Assembly: GCA_018263335.1 (NCBI GenBank)
Contig: JADFCY010000002.1
Span: 36,249 to 100,248 of the forward strand
Origin: Methanolinea sp.
Lineage (GTDB): Archaea; Halobacteriota; Methanomicrobia; Methanomicrobiales; Methanospirillaceae
Direction of reading: 5' to 3'
DNA: 64,000 nucleotides
Within the stretch, counting starts at the first letter, position 1. Every line of letters starts with the position of its first letter. Positions 39,971 to 49,691 of the stretch are shown one piece after another. The notes below the pieces were generated by a model. The model worked only from the letters and a program-made list of their open reading frames with translations, ran no database searches and was not told the origin of the DNA. The position numbers and the translations under genes are program-made.

Positions 39971-41146
39971 ATGAAGAACCCCAGGTACATCACTTCAATC
40001 GAAGATCTCCCGGGTATCCCGGGAGAAGAGAAGAAGAGACTCGCGGAGGTCACAAAGAAATTCGCCTTCCGCACCAACGAATATTACGCATCACTGATAG
40101 ACTGGAACGACCCAGAGGACCCAATCAGGAAAATCATCATACCCGATCCCCGCGAGCTCGAGGAATGGGGAGCCCTTGACCCGTCGAATGAGAAGGATTA
40201 TACTGTCGCGCCGGGTGTCCAGCACAAATACCGGGAGACTGCACTCTTCCTCACCCTCGACGTGTGCGGGGGATTCTGCCGGTTCTGCTTCAGGAAGAGG
40301 CTCTTCATGAAAAGGGCAGACGAGATAGCGCATGACCTCTCCGCAGGCATCGACTACGTCCGCCAGCACCCCGAGATCACGAATGTCCTCCTCACAGGGG
40401 GTGATTCCCTGCTTCTTGCCACGCGCAGGCTTGAGCGAATCATCTCGCAGATACGCGAGATCGATCACGTCCAGATCATCCGCATCGGAAGCAAGATGGC
40501 TGCGTTCAACCCTTATCGTATCCTCAACGACCCTGACCTTCCGAGGCTTATCAAGACCTACAGCACCCCCGAGAAGAAGATATACCTGATGGCACACTTC
40601 AATCATCCGAGGGAACTCACTCCGCAGGCAATCGATGCCCTGGAAGTCCTCCGCGATGCGGGCGCGATAGTCGTGAACCAGACTCCGCTTCTCCGGGGGA
40701 TCAACAGTGACCCCGCGCAACTTACAGAACTCTTCAAAAAGCTCTCCTTCATCGGGGTCCCGCCCTACTATGTCTTCCAGTGCCGTCCCACAATCGGCAA
40801 CTCCCTTTTCGGGATGCCTGTCGAGGAGTCATACCTCGTATTCGAGAAGGCCAGGGCGTCCTGCTCGGGCCTTGCGAAACGGGCGAGATTCGTGATTTCA
40901 CACGCCTCAGGCAAGATCGAGGTTGTCGGAAAGACGGACACTGCAACGTACTTCAAGTATCACCAGGCTGCCGATCCCCGCGATATAGGCAGGTTCCTTG
41001 CCTTCAAAAGCAACCCCGAGGCATTCTGGTTCGATGACTACACTGATCTCCTGGAGGACTCGCGGGTCTTTTCCGACGAGGATGAACAATTTCCGGCCTT
41101 TCCCTCCGGCCGGCAGATCCCAAACGACACACAGGCTGCAGGATGA
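39971..41146 (+). CDS. KamA-family radical SAM/PLP aminomutase, substrate uncertain
   Basis: HKY, CGGFCRFCFRK, LLTGGD, HFNHPRE, NQTPLLRGIN, PYYVFQC, SGK. Confidence 0.9.
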   Translation: MKNPRYITSIEDLPGIPGEEKKRLAEVTKKFAFRTNEYYASLIDWNDPEDPIRKIIIPDPRELEEWGALDPSNEKDYTVAPGVQHKYRETALFLTLDVCGGFCRFCFRKRLFMKRADEIAHDLSAGIDYVRQHPEITNVLLTGGDSLLLATRRLERIISQIREIDHVQIIRIGSKMAAFNPYRILNDPDLPRLIKTYSTPEKKIYLMAHFNHPRELTPQAIDALEVLRDAGAIVVNQTPLLRGINSDPAQLTELFKKLSFIGVPPYYVFQCRPTIGNSLFGMPVEESYLVFEKARASCSGLAKRARFVISHASGKIEVVGKTDTATYFKYHQAADPRDIGRFLAFKSNPEAFWFDDYTDLLEDSRVFSDEDEQFPAFPSGRQIPNDTQAAG

Positions 41147-41238
41147 ACTGATTCCCCACACTGAATGGGGCAACCAGAACGGGTATAGGGGAGCCGGATA
41201 CCCCAAGACTCCCCGGATTACGCCACACGGTCCATTCT

Positions 41239-41991
41239 CTATCCTCTCTTCGCCATGGGGGCAGGGTGCCCGACCGGCATCAGGGAGAGGGGATCCTCCC
41301 CGTCGGCAAGGTACAGGACCTGCCGGATCTGGTCATCTGAGAACGCCCCGATTGCGACGGTCCCGAGTCGGAGTGCCTCTGCCTGGAGGTAGATGTTCTG
41401 GCTGGCATGGCCTGCCTCCATCCATACGTACCGTATGCCACGTTCTCCGTATTTCCCTGTGGTGCGTGAGCAGACTCCCGTAATCGCGATGGTGGCAGGA
41501 GCCTCGCGGAGGGCCGACTGGTTCAGCCCTGCAATCGCGATCTCATTGCGCATATCGCCCCGGCGGATCATTCGTAACTCGTGAGCCGCCGGAACGTAAC
41601 GGTATACGCCGGGTGCAAGCCCTTCCACGTTTCCGGCCACGAGCAGCACCTCGAGCGGGTAGAGGGCCCCTGCCGACGGTGCAGTTCGGAGCCCTGACAT
41701 CCCCATAACACCCTGCGCAGCCCAGAGGAGCTGGGAGACATCCCTGAGAGATACGGGGTCTTGCGAGTATTCTTGGACAGAGCGGCGCTGGGAGAGGGCC
41801 TCTTCGAGAGATACCTCCCCTTTCAATGATGGCACAGGGAGCACGGAACCCACCGCTTCCCTGTGGGATGCCCGGGTGTCCACGGGACCGCGCACTGGGA
41901 ACATCACAAACACTGCAAGGCCGAGAACCGCCAGGACTATCCCCGCTGCGGCAATGTATATCCTTTTTCCTGCAGGTGGCATTCTCATCAT
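41239..41991 (-). CDS. SagB/ThcOx-family nitroreductase with an N-terminal membrane anchor
   Basis: RRSV, LLWAAQG, RTAPSAGALYPLE, KYGERG, EAGHASQN. Confidence 0.9.
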   Translation of the reverse strand: MMRMPPAGKRIYIAAAGIVLAVLGLAVFVMFPVRGPVDTRASHREAVGSVLPVPSLKGEVSLEEALSQRRSVQEYSQDPVSLRDVSQLLWAAQGVMGMSGLRTAPSAGALYPLEVLLVAGNVEGLAPGVYRYVPAAHELRMIRRGDMRNEIAIAGLNQSALREAPATIAITGVCSRTTGKYGERGIRYVWMEAGHASQNIYLQAEALRLGTVAIGAFSDDQIRQVLYLADGEDPLSLMPVGHPAPMAKRG

Positions 41992-42042
41992 GCACTTCTC
42001 TTCGCAAACCCGCCGGATGAATGTTTGCTGATCTCCTGGGGG

Positions 42043-43998
42043 TTAAAAGTTCCATCCGGGAAGGTTCCAGTATGATGCCCACCACAAAAAGAGGAATGCC
42101 GCCGCAGTGACAAGAGTGAATTCGATCCTGTCGCGCATCTCTTCTCCTTTCCTTCTCCAGGCCTGCAGCGTGACGAAGGTTGCGATACCTGCCAGAACGA
42201 GGATTGCCGGAACGAGCAGCAGGACAAGCGGCAATAGGAATGGAACCCCGTACCACGCCGGGTACCACTGGAGGACCGCAAAAAACAGGAGGAAAAAAAG
42301 GATGGAGATCCCGCACAGGCACGCGTACAGGAGGTGCCTGGCAGAGAACACCCGGCGCTTCACATAGCCGGCCGGAAGAAGGATGGCGCCGGCCCAGCAG
42401 AGGAGGACAGAGAGGAAGACACCCTGGCTTGCCACTGCCACGATTCCAAGGAAGTGCGGCGCCTCGTACCATTCCAGTCGCGAATAAGCCGCATCGGGCC
42501 GTTTCGACAGGAACAAATACGCAGGGTTCCCATACGCGTCCCTCCGGAACACCGCTTCGGTCTCTCCCCGGGCGTTTACGAACACCCCCGGGTCTGATTC
42601 GCAGAGTGTTCTTCCCAGGACCAGGATTCCCCCGCCAGGCGAATCACGGACATCTATGAGGTGTCCGCTCTCCCTGGAGAGGCGGAACACCTTTTCGTAT
42701 GTGGTCACGGGGCTCCTCGTTGATACGTAGGTGCCACTGTATCCGGGAGAGTGTCCGCACTTCACGCCAGGAGGATGAATCATGGTGCTTTCGTCTGGAG
42801 GAAAGAACTTGTCTATGAAGGCCTGCATCAATGCGTGGCCTGCAATTGATCCGCCCTCGGCATTATACGCGACAAAGAACCCTGTCCGCTCATCCGGCAC
42901 AAGCAAAAGGAGGCAGTGGGAATAGAGGGTGTCCCCCCCATGCCAGAGGAAATACCGCCCGTTCCGGCGCATCTCCATCAGACCACCGGACCAGCCCTCG
43001 ATGCGGGGATCGGGAGTGAACCGGACTTCAAACAGACGGGCAACGGGTGACCCTTCCCCTGCAACCGTGTCCTGCACGTCCCCCTCTTCAAGGAGGAACA
43101 CCATCAGCCTTCCGATATCCGAGGGGGTTGCACTCAGCGCTCCGGACGGCGCGAGGGTGATGTATTCGAATCCTTGCTTCTTTATCCCATCTCTCGCGAA
43201 CGAATAGCCTGCGGAAAGCCGCTCTTGTAGCTCCCCGGGTGGGGGCTGGAGGAACGTGCTGTTCCACATCCCAAGAGGCCCAAGAATGTGCATCTGCGCG
43301 TAGGTGGCAAACTCCAGCCCCGATACCTCTTCGATCACCCTTGCAGCGAGTGCCGCGCCATGGTTCGAATAGGCGGGTACCTCTCCGGGCGGCCTCACCC
43401 TGGCAGGCATCCCATGCGGGGCCAGGAGATCAGGAACATTGAGATCCTCGCTTTTCAAAGCGAACGTGGCCCATACACGCTCCTCGAACCCTGCGCTATG
43501 AGTCATGAGGTGGCGCATGGTGACCGGCCTTCCCGGGAAACTGTCCGGCAGGGATGTCTTTCCCAGATAGGAGGTGATATCCGCATCGAGGTCTATCTGG
43601 CCTCTCCCGGCACACTGCATCGCTGCAATCCATACGAGGACCTTGGAGACGGACCCGACTCTCACCAGGGTCCTGTCCGGGTCCATCAAAACCCCTTTCT
43701 CAAGGTCTGCATAGCCATACCCTCTTGCAAGGACGACTTCTCCATCTCTCACCACGGTCACTGCCGCTCCAGGGATATGGTGGGCGGCGAGTTGCCCGGG
43801 GATCATGCTGTCAAAGAACTTGAGTGCCTCCCCCTGACCAAAAAGACTCTCGTGACTCGTGGCGCCTGCCGAGGCGGGTCCTGGAAACAGCGTCAGTGCA
43901 AATATGGCGGGAAAACTGACTGAAAGAAGAAGGAAAATGGCGCCCACACATTCGATGGCCCGCATCTCTTTCACATTGGGCAATTTCATGACAGCCAT
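42043..43998 (-). CDS. membrane-anchored serine hydrolase (beta-lactamase class C / PBP-like); start uncertain
   Basis: SxxK (GSVSK), LMTHSAG, YSN, HGG; signal peptide and C-terminal TM helices. Confidence 0.88.
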   Translation of the reverse strand: MAVMKLPNVKEMRAIECVGAIFLLLSVSFPAIFALTLFPGPASAGATSHESLFGQGEALKFFDSMIPGQLAAHHIPGAAVTVVRDGEVVLARGYGYADLEKGVLMDPDRTLVRVGSVSKVLVWIAAMQCAGRGQIDLDADITSYLGKTSLPDSFPGRPVTMRHLMTHSAGFEERVWATFALKSEDLNVPDLLAPHGMPARVRPPGEVPAYSNHGAALAARVIEEVSGLEFATYAQMHILGPLGMWNSTFLQPPPGELQERLSAGYSFARDGIKKQGFEYITLAPSGALSATPSDIGRLMVFLLEEGDVQDTVAGEGSPVARLFEVRFTPDPRIEGWSGGLMEMRRNGRYFLWHGGDTLYSHCLLLLVPDERTGFFVAYNAEGGSIAGHALMQAFIDKFFPPDESTMIHPPGVKCGHSPGYSGTYVSTRSPVTTYEKVFRLSRESGHLIDVRDSPGGGILVLGRTLCESDPGVFVNARGETEAVFRRDAYGNPAYLFLSKRPDAAYSRLEWYEAPHFLGIVAVASQGVFLSVLLCWAGAILLPAGYVKRRVFSARHLLYACLCGISILFFLLFFAVLQWYPAWYGVPFLLPLVLLLVPAILVLAGIATFVTLQAWRRKGEEMRDRIEFTLVTAAAFLFLWWASYWNLPGWNF

Positions 43999-44131
43999 AC
44001 CGCGAATGGTGCCCCGAATCCGGGCGGCCTTTCTTGAGAACCAGTGCATTTTTCCCTCTGGACTGCGGGGTGGAGGATCGGGTGAACCTGCAGGTATTTT
44101 CGCGGGACAGATCGCCCCGGCCCGCTCACTC

Positions 44132-44731
44132 TCATTTCCCTTTCCTGAAAAAACCCAAAGGGTCCCGCCAGTTGAGAAGTGAGGAGTCGTGTTTCCTTGG
44201 AAAAACACCTTCTTTCACCGATTTTATCTCTTCCACGGTGAAGAAGGCGTTTGGCTGGAACTGTTGTATGAGGTCAAAGACCAGGTGAAGATCCTCCCTC
44301 CTGCTGATCGTCAGGATCACTGTGACCGGGCCGCTCGCCCCCTCCGCATCAATGGTCGTTACGCCGAGGTTCTGACACCTCATGGCCTCCACAAGACCCC
44401 GCGCATCGCGGTTCGTGATGATCCTGATGACGACGTTCCCCAGGGAGAGGCGCTCATCGACGGCCATCCCGATGAAGGTTCCTGCCGCAAACCCTCCCCC
44501 ATACGCGATATACGACGCAACATTCCCGACGTTCTGCATCACCTGGCCGATGGCAAGAAGCCAGATGATCACCTCAAAAAAGCCGATCGCCGGGGCAATG
44601 TACTTGAACCCACGGGCGATGAATATCACGCGGAGCGTGCCGAGGCTCACGTCGCATATCCTCGCCAGGAAGATAAGGAGGGGGAGTATTATCCATGCAT
44701 ACACATCCATTGAGACTGTGAATTCCAGCAC
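44132..44731 (-). CDS. UPF0316 (DUF2179/DUF5698) membrane protein
   Basis: ARICDVSLGTLR, GFFEVIIW, GFAAGTFIG, PNAFF. Confidence 0.85.
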   Translation of the reverse strand: MLEFTVSMDVYAWIILPLLIFLARICDVSLGTLRVIFIARGFKYIAPAIGFFEVIIWLLAIGQVMQNVGNVASYIAYGGGFAAGTFIGMAVDERLSLGNVVIRIITNRDARGLVEAMRCQNLGVTTIDAEGASGPVTVILTISRREDLHLVFDLIQQFQPNAFFTVEEIKSVKEGVFPRKHDSSLLNWRDPLGFFRKGK

Positions 44732-44902
44732 TGGTCAATCACCTCCGGAAGATGAGCGTGTCCCCTCACTCCCTTACCCTTTTTTGCCCGAGGGGGAATG
44801 CCACCTTTTGCCACATGCCATCACATGCCGATGTATCGTTGAATGCCATTCCTGATAACTCCCGCACGGCAATGTCTGGAGAGAAGGTCGGTGAACAGGG
44901 AA

Positions 44903-46150
44903 TTATACCCAGCCCCTCATCCTCATGGCCTCTACCACCCTTGCGACGGCAATCGAGTACGCTGCCTTTCTGAGTGGTACGTTGTTCTGGACCGCAAGGT
45001 CGTGCACTTCGCGGTAGGCATCCGTCATCTTCTTCTCGAGTTTCCTGTGCACCTTCGCCTCGTCCCACTGGTCCATGTTGAAGTTCTGGACCATCTCGAA
45101 GTATGAGACGATCACACCACCACCGTTCGTGAGGAAATCAGGGAGCACGGCGATACCCCTCTCAAAGAGTATCTCATCGGCATCATTGTCAACCGGCCCG
45201 TTTGCAAACTCCGCCACGATTCCTGCTCGGACCTGCGGAGCGTTCCTGCTGCCGATCACATCCTCGAGGGCCGCCGGCACGAGGATATCGACGGGAAGTT
45301 CGATCAGTTCTTCGTTCGTGATGTGCGTAGCACCCGGGAAATGCTGCAGCGACCCGGTCGCGGTTTTGTGTGCGACGAGCTCGCGCACGGGGAACCCTTC
45401 GGGATTGTAAATCCCGCCATGACTATCGCTCACTGCCACCACCCTGGCGCCGAATACCTCCTGCCCTATGAGTGCGGCATGTGAGCCCACGTTGCCAAAC
45501 CCCTGCACTGCGACACCTGCCCCTGAGATGCTCATGCCGATGTCCCTGGCTGCCTCGCGGACCACGTACCACCCGCCCCTGGCCGTGGCATCGAGCCGCC
45601 CCTCTGATCCACCAAGACCGATTGGTTTTCCCGTGAAAGAACCAAATGTTGTCTTCCCCGCAATCTTCGAGTACTCGTCCATCATCCATGCCATCACCGT
45701 GGGATTCGTGTAGACATCGGGTGCAGGGATATCCCTGTCCGGCCCGAGGTACGGGAACATCACCTGCACGTAGGCGCGGCTCAGCCGTTCGAGTTCATGG
45801 ACCGAGAGCTCCTTTGGGTTGCAGACGACCCCTCCCTTGGCCCCGCCGAGGGGGAGTCTGTGAAGGGAGCACTTCCAGGTCATCAGGGAGGCAAGCCCCC
45901 GGATGGTATCGATGGTCTCCTCGGGGTGGAACCTGATCCCGCCTTTCGTGGGGCCGAGCGCATCGTTGTACTGGACCCGGAATCCCTGGAATGCCCGAAT
46001 CTTTCCATCATCCATCCTGACCGGGATGGAGGCGTGGATCTCCCTCCGCGGCATCTTCAGCACCGCCTCTACGTTCCTGTCCATGACAAGGTCCGTCGCG
46101 CAGGAACAGAGGTGCTTCTTCACCATCTCGAAGAGGTTCTGCTCGGTCAT
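44903..46150 (-). CDS. gdhA: Glu/Leu/Phe/Val dehydrogenase, probably glutamate dehydrogenase
   Basis: GPTKGGIRFHP, MTWK, GGAKGG, DIPAPD, QGFGNVG, GGVIVSYFE. Confidence 0.9.
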   Translation of the reverse strand: MTEQNLFEMVKKHLCSCATDLVMDRNVEAVLKMPRREIHASIPVRMDDGKIRAFQGFRVQYNDALGPTKGGIRFHPEETIDTIRGLASLMTWKCSLHRLPLGGAKGGVVCNPKELSVHELERLSRAYVQVMFPYLGPDRDIPAPDVYTNPTVMAWMMDEYSKIAGKTTFGSFTGKPIGLGGSEGRLDATARGGWYVVREAARDIGMSISGAGVAVQGFGNVGSHAALIGQEVFGARVVAVSDSHGGIYNPEGFPVRELVAHKTATGSLQHFPGATHITNEELIELPVDILVPAALEDVIGSRNAPQVRAGIVAEFANGPVDNDADEILFERGIAVLPDFLTNGGGVIVSYFEMVQNFNMDQWDEAKVHRKLEKKMTDAYREVHDLAVQNNVPLRKAAYSIAVARVVEAMRMRGWV

Positions 46151-46262
46151 TCTTTCCCCTCTCCGACGAAAGCATTCAGTCCCACAGGGAACTCAGGATC
46201 GCAGCGATACTGCACTGTGCCAACCGGTGTGACCTGACCGTGTGAATCCGGATCCTCATTTT

Positions 46263-47114
46263 TCACGTTCTCTTCTCCAGCACATTCCTGATGATCGTTT
46301 CTCTGTCCGTTTCTGTGCCCCTGGTGGCAGAGAGCCGCTCCTCAAGGGTGGGCCTCTTTGCCCGGTAGATTGTTCCAAGGCCAATGGGGGCATCAGCGTT
46401 GTAATCCCATTCCCTCGCCTTCCGGCAGGCAGCCTCGAAGTCCCCCTCATCGTGGTCGCTGATCTCGTACACCCTTTTTTCGTAATAGTCAGAGAGGTTG
46501 TAGTAGGATGCGCAGACCTGCAGGACATCGATGAAGGCAAAGCCCGGATGATGTACGCCCTCCATGACCGTGCGCTGGAGGAGATCCATCCTCCGCGTGC
46601 ACCCTCTCGCCACGAACGTGGCGCCGGATGCGAGCATGATCGCGAGTGGATTGAAAGGCTCCTCGACAGTCCCCGACGGCGTTGAACGGCCCCTGAACCC
46701 GAGCGGGGATGTCGGGGTGTACTGCCCCGTGGTCAGCCCGTATACCCGGTTGTTGTGGACCAGCAGGGTGATGTCTGCGTTTCGTTTTGCGGCAAAGACC
46801 AGGTGGTCAAGACCCTCGGCATAACAATCTCCGTCACCTGCACACACGATGACCACGAGCTCAGGGTTTGCCATCTTGATCGCGGTTGCAACCGGCAGGG
46901 TGCGCCCGTGGATGGAGTAGAAACTGTTGACGTTGAGATAGTCCGCCATCTTTGCATGGCAGCCTATACCGGATACGAGCACTATCCTGTCACTGTCAAC
47001 TCCCTCTTTGCCGAGGGCTGCAATGGTATTTTTCAGGGCGAACTGGATGACGAAATTGCCGCATCCCGGGCACCAGGTGTTCTGTGCCCCGGTAATCAGG
47101 TTCCTCGCGGTCAT
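46263..47114 (-). CDS. 2-oxoacid:ferredoxin oxidoreductase beta subunit
   Basis: WCPGCGN, SGIGC, HGR, GDGD, YGLTTGQYTPT. Confidence 0.93.
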   Translation of the reverse strand: MTARNLITGAQNTWCPGCGNFVIQFALKNTIAALGKEGVDSDRIVLVSGIGCHAKMADYLNVNSFYSIHGRTLPVATAIKMANPELVVIVCAGDGDCYAEGLDHLVFAAKRNADITLLVHNNRVYGLTTGQYTPTSPLGFRGRSTPSGTVEEPFNPLAIMLASGATFVARGCTRRMDLLQRTVMEGVHHPGFAFIDVLQVCASYYNLSDYYEKRVYEISDHDEGDFEAACRKAREWDYNADAPIGLGTIYRAKRPTLEERLSATRGTETDRETIIRNVLEKRT

Positions 47115-48763
47115 GCAAGCGCCTCCCTGACGCGCACTTCCAGTTCCTCGACTGTAAAAGGCCTTCCATCGTACCGGCGGATATGCAAATTTGGCCTGAT
47201 GCCATGCCGCGCGAGGAGCATCGCAAGCTGCCCCTCGGCATTCTCCTCTACCACAATCTGCCTTTTTATCCCCTGTAATGCATCCTGCAGAAGTTGTGTT
47301 GGGAGGGGGGAGAGCACGACGGGCTGCACCACCCTGAGTCCCATGGACCCTGCAGCCTCCCGGCATACGCCGATGGGAGAGCCCCAGCAGATCAGTGCCA
47401 CGTCCGAACCCGTATCGCCGCCGACCACCACAGGGTTGAGCGAGAAGACCTCGCTGGCAAGCGCGGCCGCTTTCTTCAGCCTCTTTTCGCTCATCAGGGC
47501 AGCGATCTCTGAATTCTCCGTAGAGATCCCTGCCTGGTCGTGGGTATACCCGTTGACCTTGATCACCGTATCCGTACAGGGGGGAGAGAGCAAGGGAGAC
47601 ACCCCGTTTTCGCTGAACAGATACCTGGAATACCCAGGGCCGGGGCTTGCCTTCGTGGGCTGGTCAATCCGGGGAATCGTCGCATCCGGCCGGCTGAAAC
47701 TGTAGAACCCCTCGCAGAGCGTCTTGTCACAGAGGATCACGCCCGGGACCTGGTATTTCCAGGAGAGGCGGAGTGCAAGGTCTGACCAGGTATAGGCCTG
47801 CTCTGCATCTCCGGGGGCCACCACAAGGCGGGGAAATTCCCCCTGGCCTGCATGAAGCGCGAAGTGAAGGTCGGACTGTGCGGTGTAGGTCGGCATCCCG
47901 GTACTCGGGCCCGCCCTCTGCCCAAGGACCACGACGACCGGGACCTCGCTCATCCCTGAGAGGGAGAACCCCTCCGTCATCAGGCAGAAGCCGCCGCCCG
48001 ATGTCCCTACCGCAGCCTTCTTCCCGGCGTACCCGAGACCGAGCGCCATCATGATCACCGCGATCTCATTCTCTGGGTGAAAGACGAGGAGATCGTGCGT
48101 CTCCGCGACCTCGGCCATGAAATGGAGGATGTTTGAGGTGGGGGTCATCGGGTAGGCGACATATGCATCGAGGCCGCCGCGGATGAGGCCAAGGCCGATT
48201 GCCTCGTTCCCCGAGATAACCGGTACCGGGGACGATCCAAGCGACCCTATCCTGCAGCACTCGCTGGCCGCCTCATATCCCCGGCGCGCAACCTTGAGGT
48301 TCAATGACAGCGCCTTTGGGACCTGGCGGACAAATACCTCCTCGAGTACCTTCCACTCTATTCCAGCCGCCTTTGCAAACGCCCCGATGATGCACGAGTT
48401 TCCCATGACCGGCGGGGCCTCCTCCTCTTTTAAGATTTGCGGGAGATTGATTCCTATCCCCTCTGCCCTGACCCTCGATCGGTCGTAAAGGACCATTGTC
48501 CTGCCGTGAACCATGTCACCATGGAAGTCGACGGTATCCTGGTTCAGTGCGAGGATGAAGTCAACCTGTGACCGGTGAGCCCCGATCCTCTCCCTTGCAG
48601 CCCGCACAATGGCAAAATTGTGCCCCCCCTTGATGAGGGACGGGTAATCGAAATACATGTAGACGCGGTATCCCATCCTGTTGAAGAGATGGGCAACCAC
48701 CATGCCGGCACTGTTTATCCCGTCACCGGCCTTTCCCCCGATCAGAACAGATGATTCATCCAT
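47111..48763 (-). CDS. 2-oxoacid:ferredoxin oxidoreductase alpha subunit (gamma-alpha fusion)
   Basis: GGKAGDG, IKGGHN, YPMTPTS, ENEIA, TSGGGF, GPSTGMPT. Confidence 0.93.
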   Translation of the reverse strand: MDESSVLIGGKAGDGINSAGMVVAHLFNRMGYRVYMYFDYPSLIKGGHNFAIVRAARERIGAHRSQVDFILALNQDTVDFHGDMVHGRTMVLYDRSRVRAEGIGINLPQILKEEEAPPVMGNSCIIGAFAKAAGIEWKVLEEVFVRQVPKALSLNLKVARRGYEAASECCRIGSLGSSPVPVISGNEAIGLGLIRGGLDAYVAYPMTPTSNILHFMAEVAETHDLLVFHPENEIAVIMMALGLGYAGKKAAVGTSGGGFCLMTEGFSLSGMSEVPVVVVLGQRAGPSTGMPTYTAQSDLHFALHAGQGEFPRLVVAPGDAEQAYTWSDLALRLSWKYQVPGVILCDKTLCEGFYSFSRPDATIPRIDQPTKASPGPGYSRYLFSENGVSPLLSPPCTDTVIKVNGYTHDQAGISTENSEIAALMSEKRLKKAAALASEVFSLNPVVVGGDTGSDVALICWGSPIGVCREAAGSMGLRVVQPVVLSPLPTQLLQDALQGIKRQIVVEENAEGQLAMLLARHGIRPNLHIRRYDGRPFTVEELEVRVREALA

Positions 48764-48915
48764 GAACGTGAAGCGCACCCCGAACAACACTCTCTTTTCA
48801 GGGAGAGATATAGGTTCTTCCCAAAAGAATCACACAATTCCCCGTCAAGAGACAGGGATACCACACGAAAACCGACAGCGCGATTTTTTTCTCCGAAAAA
48901 GAAAGGACGAGGAGC

Positions 48916-49194
48916 TTATTTCTTCCCAAGGGACCGTATACGGGCTGCCTCCGAAGGATTCTCTGTCTGGAGAAGAAACGTCCCATAGCATGGTTTCGTA
49001 TACGGGAAAGTGATCAAGTCCCCGTCAAGCCCGATCAGGATCGGAGGGATCCCAATGATCGGCTTCTCGAAGATCTTGAACCCGGGATCGACGGTCACCT
49101 GTTCCCTGCAGTGTGCTGTTACGTACCTTCTGCATTCCGCAAAGGATGCCCCCTGAAGTACAACCTCGTACTTCAGAGATTCGATACAACCCAA
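48916..49194 (-). CDS. DUF1894 family protein
   Basis: TTG start (M)GCIESLKYEV; PGFKIF; IGIPPI; FPYTKPCYG. Confidence 0.8.
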   Translation of the reverse strand: MGCIESLKYEVVLQGASFAECRRYVTAHCREQVTVDPGFKIFEKPIIGIPPILIGLDGDLITFPYTKPCYGTFLLQTENPSEAARIRSLGKK

Positions 49195-49652
49195 TGGATC
49201 ACCTCGTCTATCTTCTTCTTCAGCGGCATGGGGTTGTGGACCGCTTTGGCTGCGATCTTCTCGCAAGGGAAGTCGATGGTCTCGCTCATCTCCCTGAAGT
49301 GCTCCCCATACACGATGGCGACCACCCTCTTCCCGGTGATCGACTGGACAGTGGCAGCATACGAGATACCGGCATCGTTGTGCACGAAGACCATGTAATA
49401 CGAATACCCCCGCTTTCCCTCTGCCAGGTCCGCGATGCAGGTGTCGAGGTCCACCATCTGCCCCGCGTAATGGTGAAGTGGGTCCGAGACCTCGATCTGC
49501 ATCCGCGCGGCCTGGTTGCCTGCAACTACAGGGGTGACGCCGAGCATTCGAAGCCTGTACATGAGGTACAGGGCAATGGCGGTCTGGACCGGGACCTGCG
49601 GGCATCCCAGGACCAGGAGCGCGTCCTTACTCTCATTTCCTGTAGCGATGAT
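49173..49652 (-). CDS. DUF1890 family protein (start codon anomalous)
   Basis: ALLVLGCPQVPVQ, GN.AA, DPLHHY, FVHNDAG, AVHNPMPL. Confidence 0.8.
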   Translation of the reverse strand: MIATGNESKDALLVLGCPQVPVQTAIALYLMYRLRMLGVTPVVAGNQAARMQIEVSDPLHHYAGQMVDLDTCIADLAEGKRGYSYYMVFVHNDAGISYAATVQSITGKRVVAIVYGEHFREMSETIDFPCEKIAAKAVHNPMPLKKKIDEVIHWVVSNL

Positions 49653-49691
49653 GGAATCCCTCCCTCACGTACCAGATAATGCTCATCTTGC

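Noticed and set aside
38927..43998. RiPP cluster (radical SAM + SagB dehydrogenase + peptidase)
   Set aside because: No YcaO, precursor peptide or RRE; the radical SAM protein is KamA-type rather than SPASM-type; the genes are convergent
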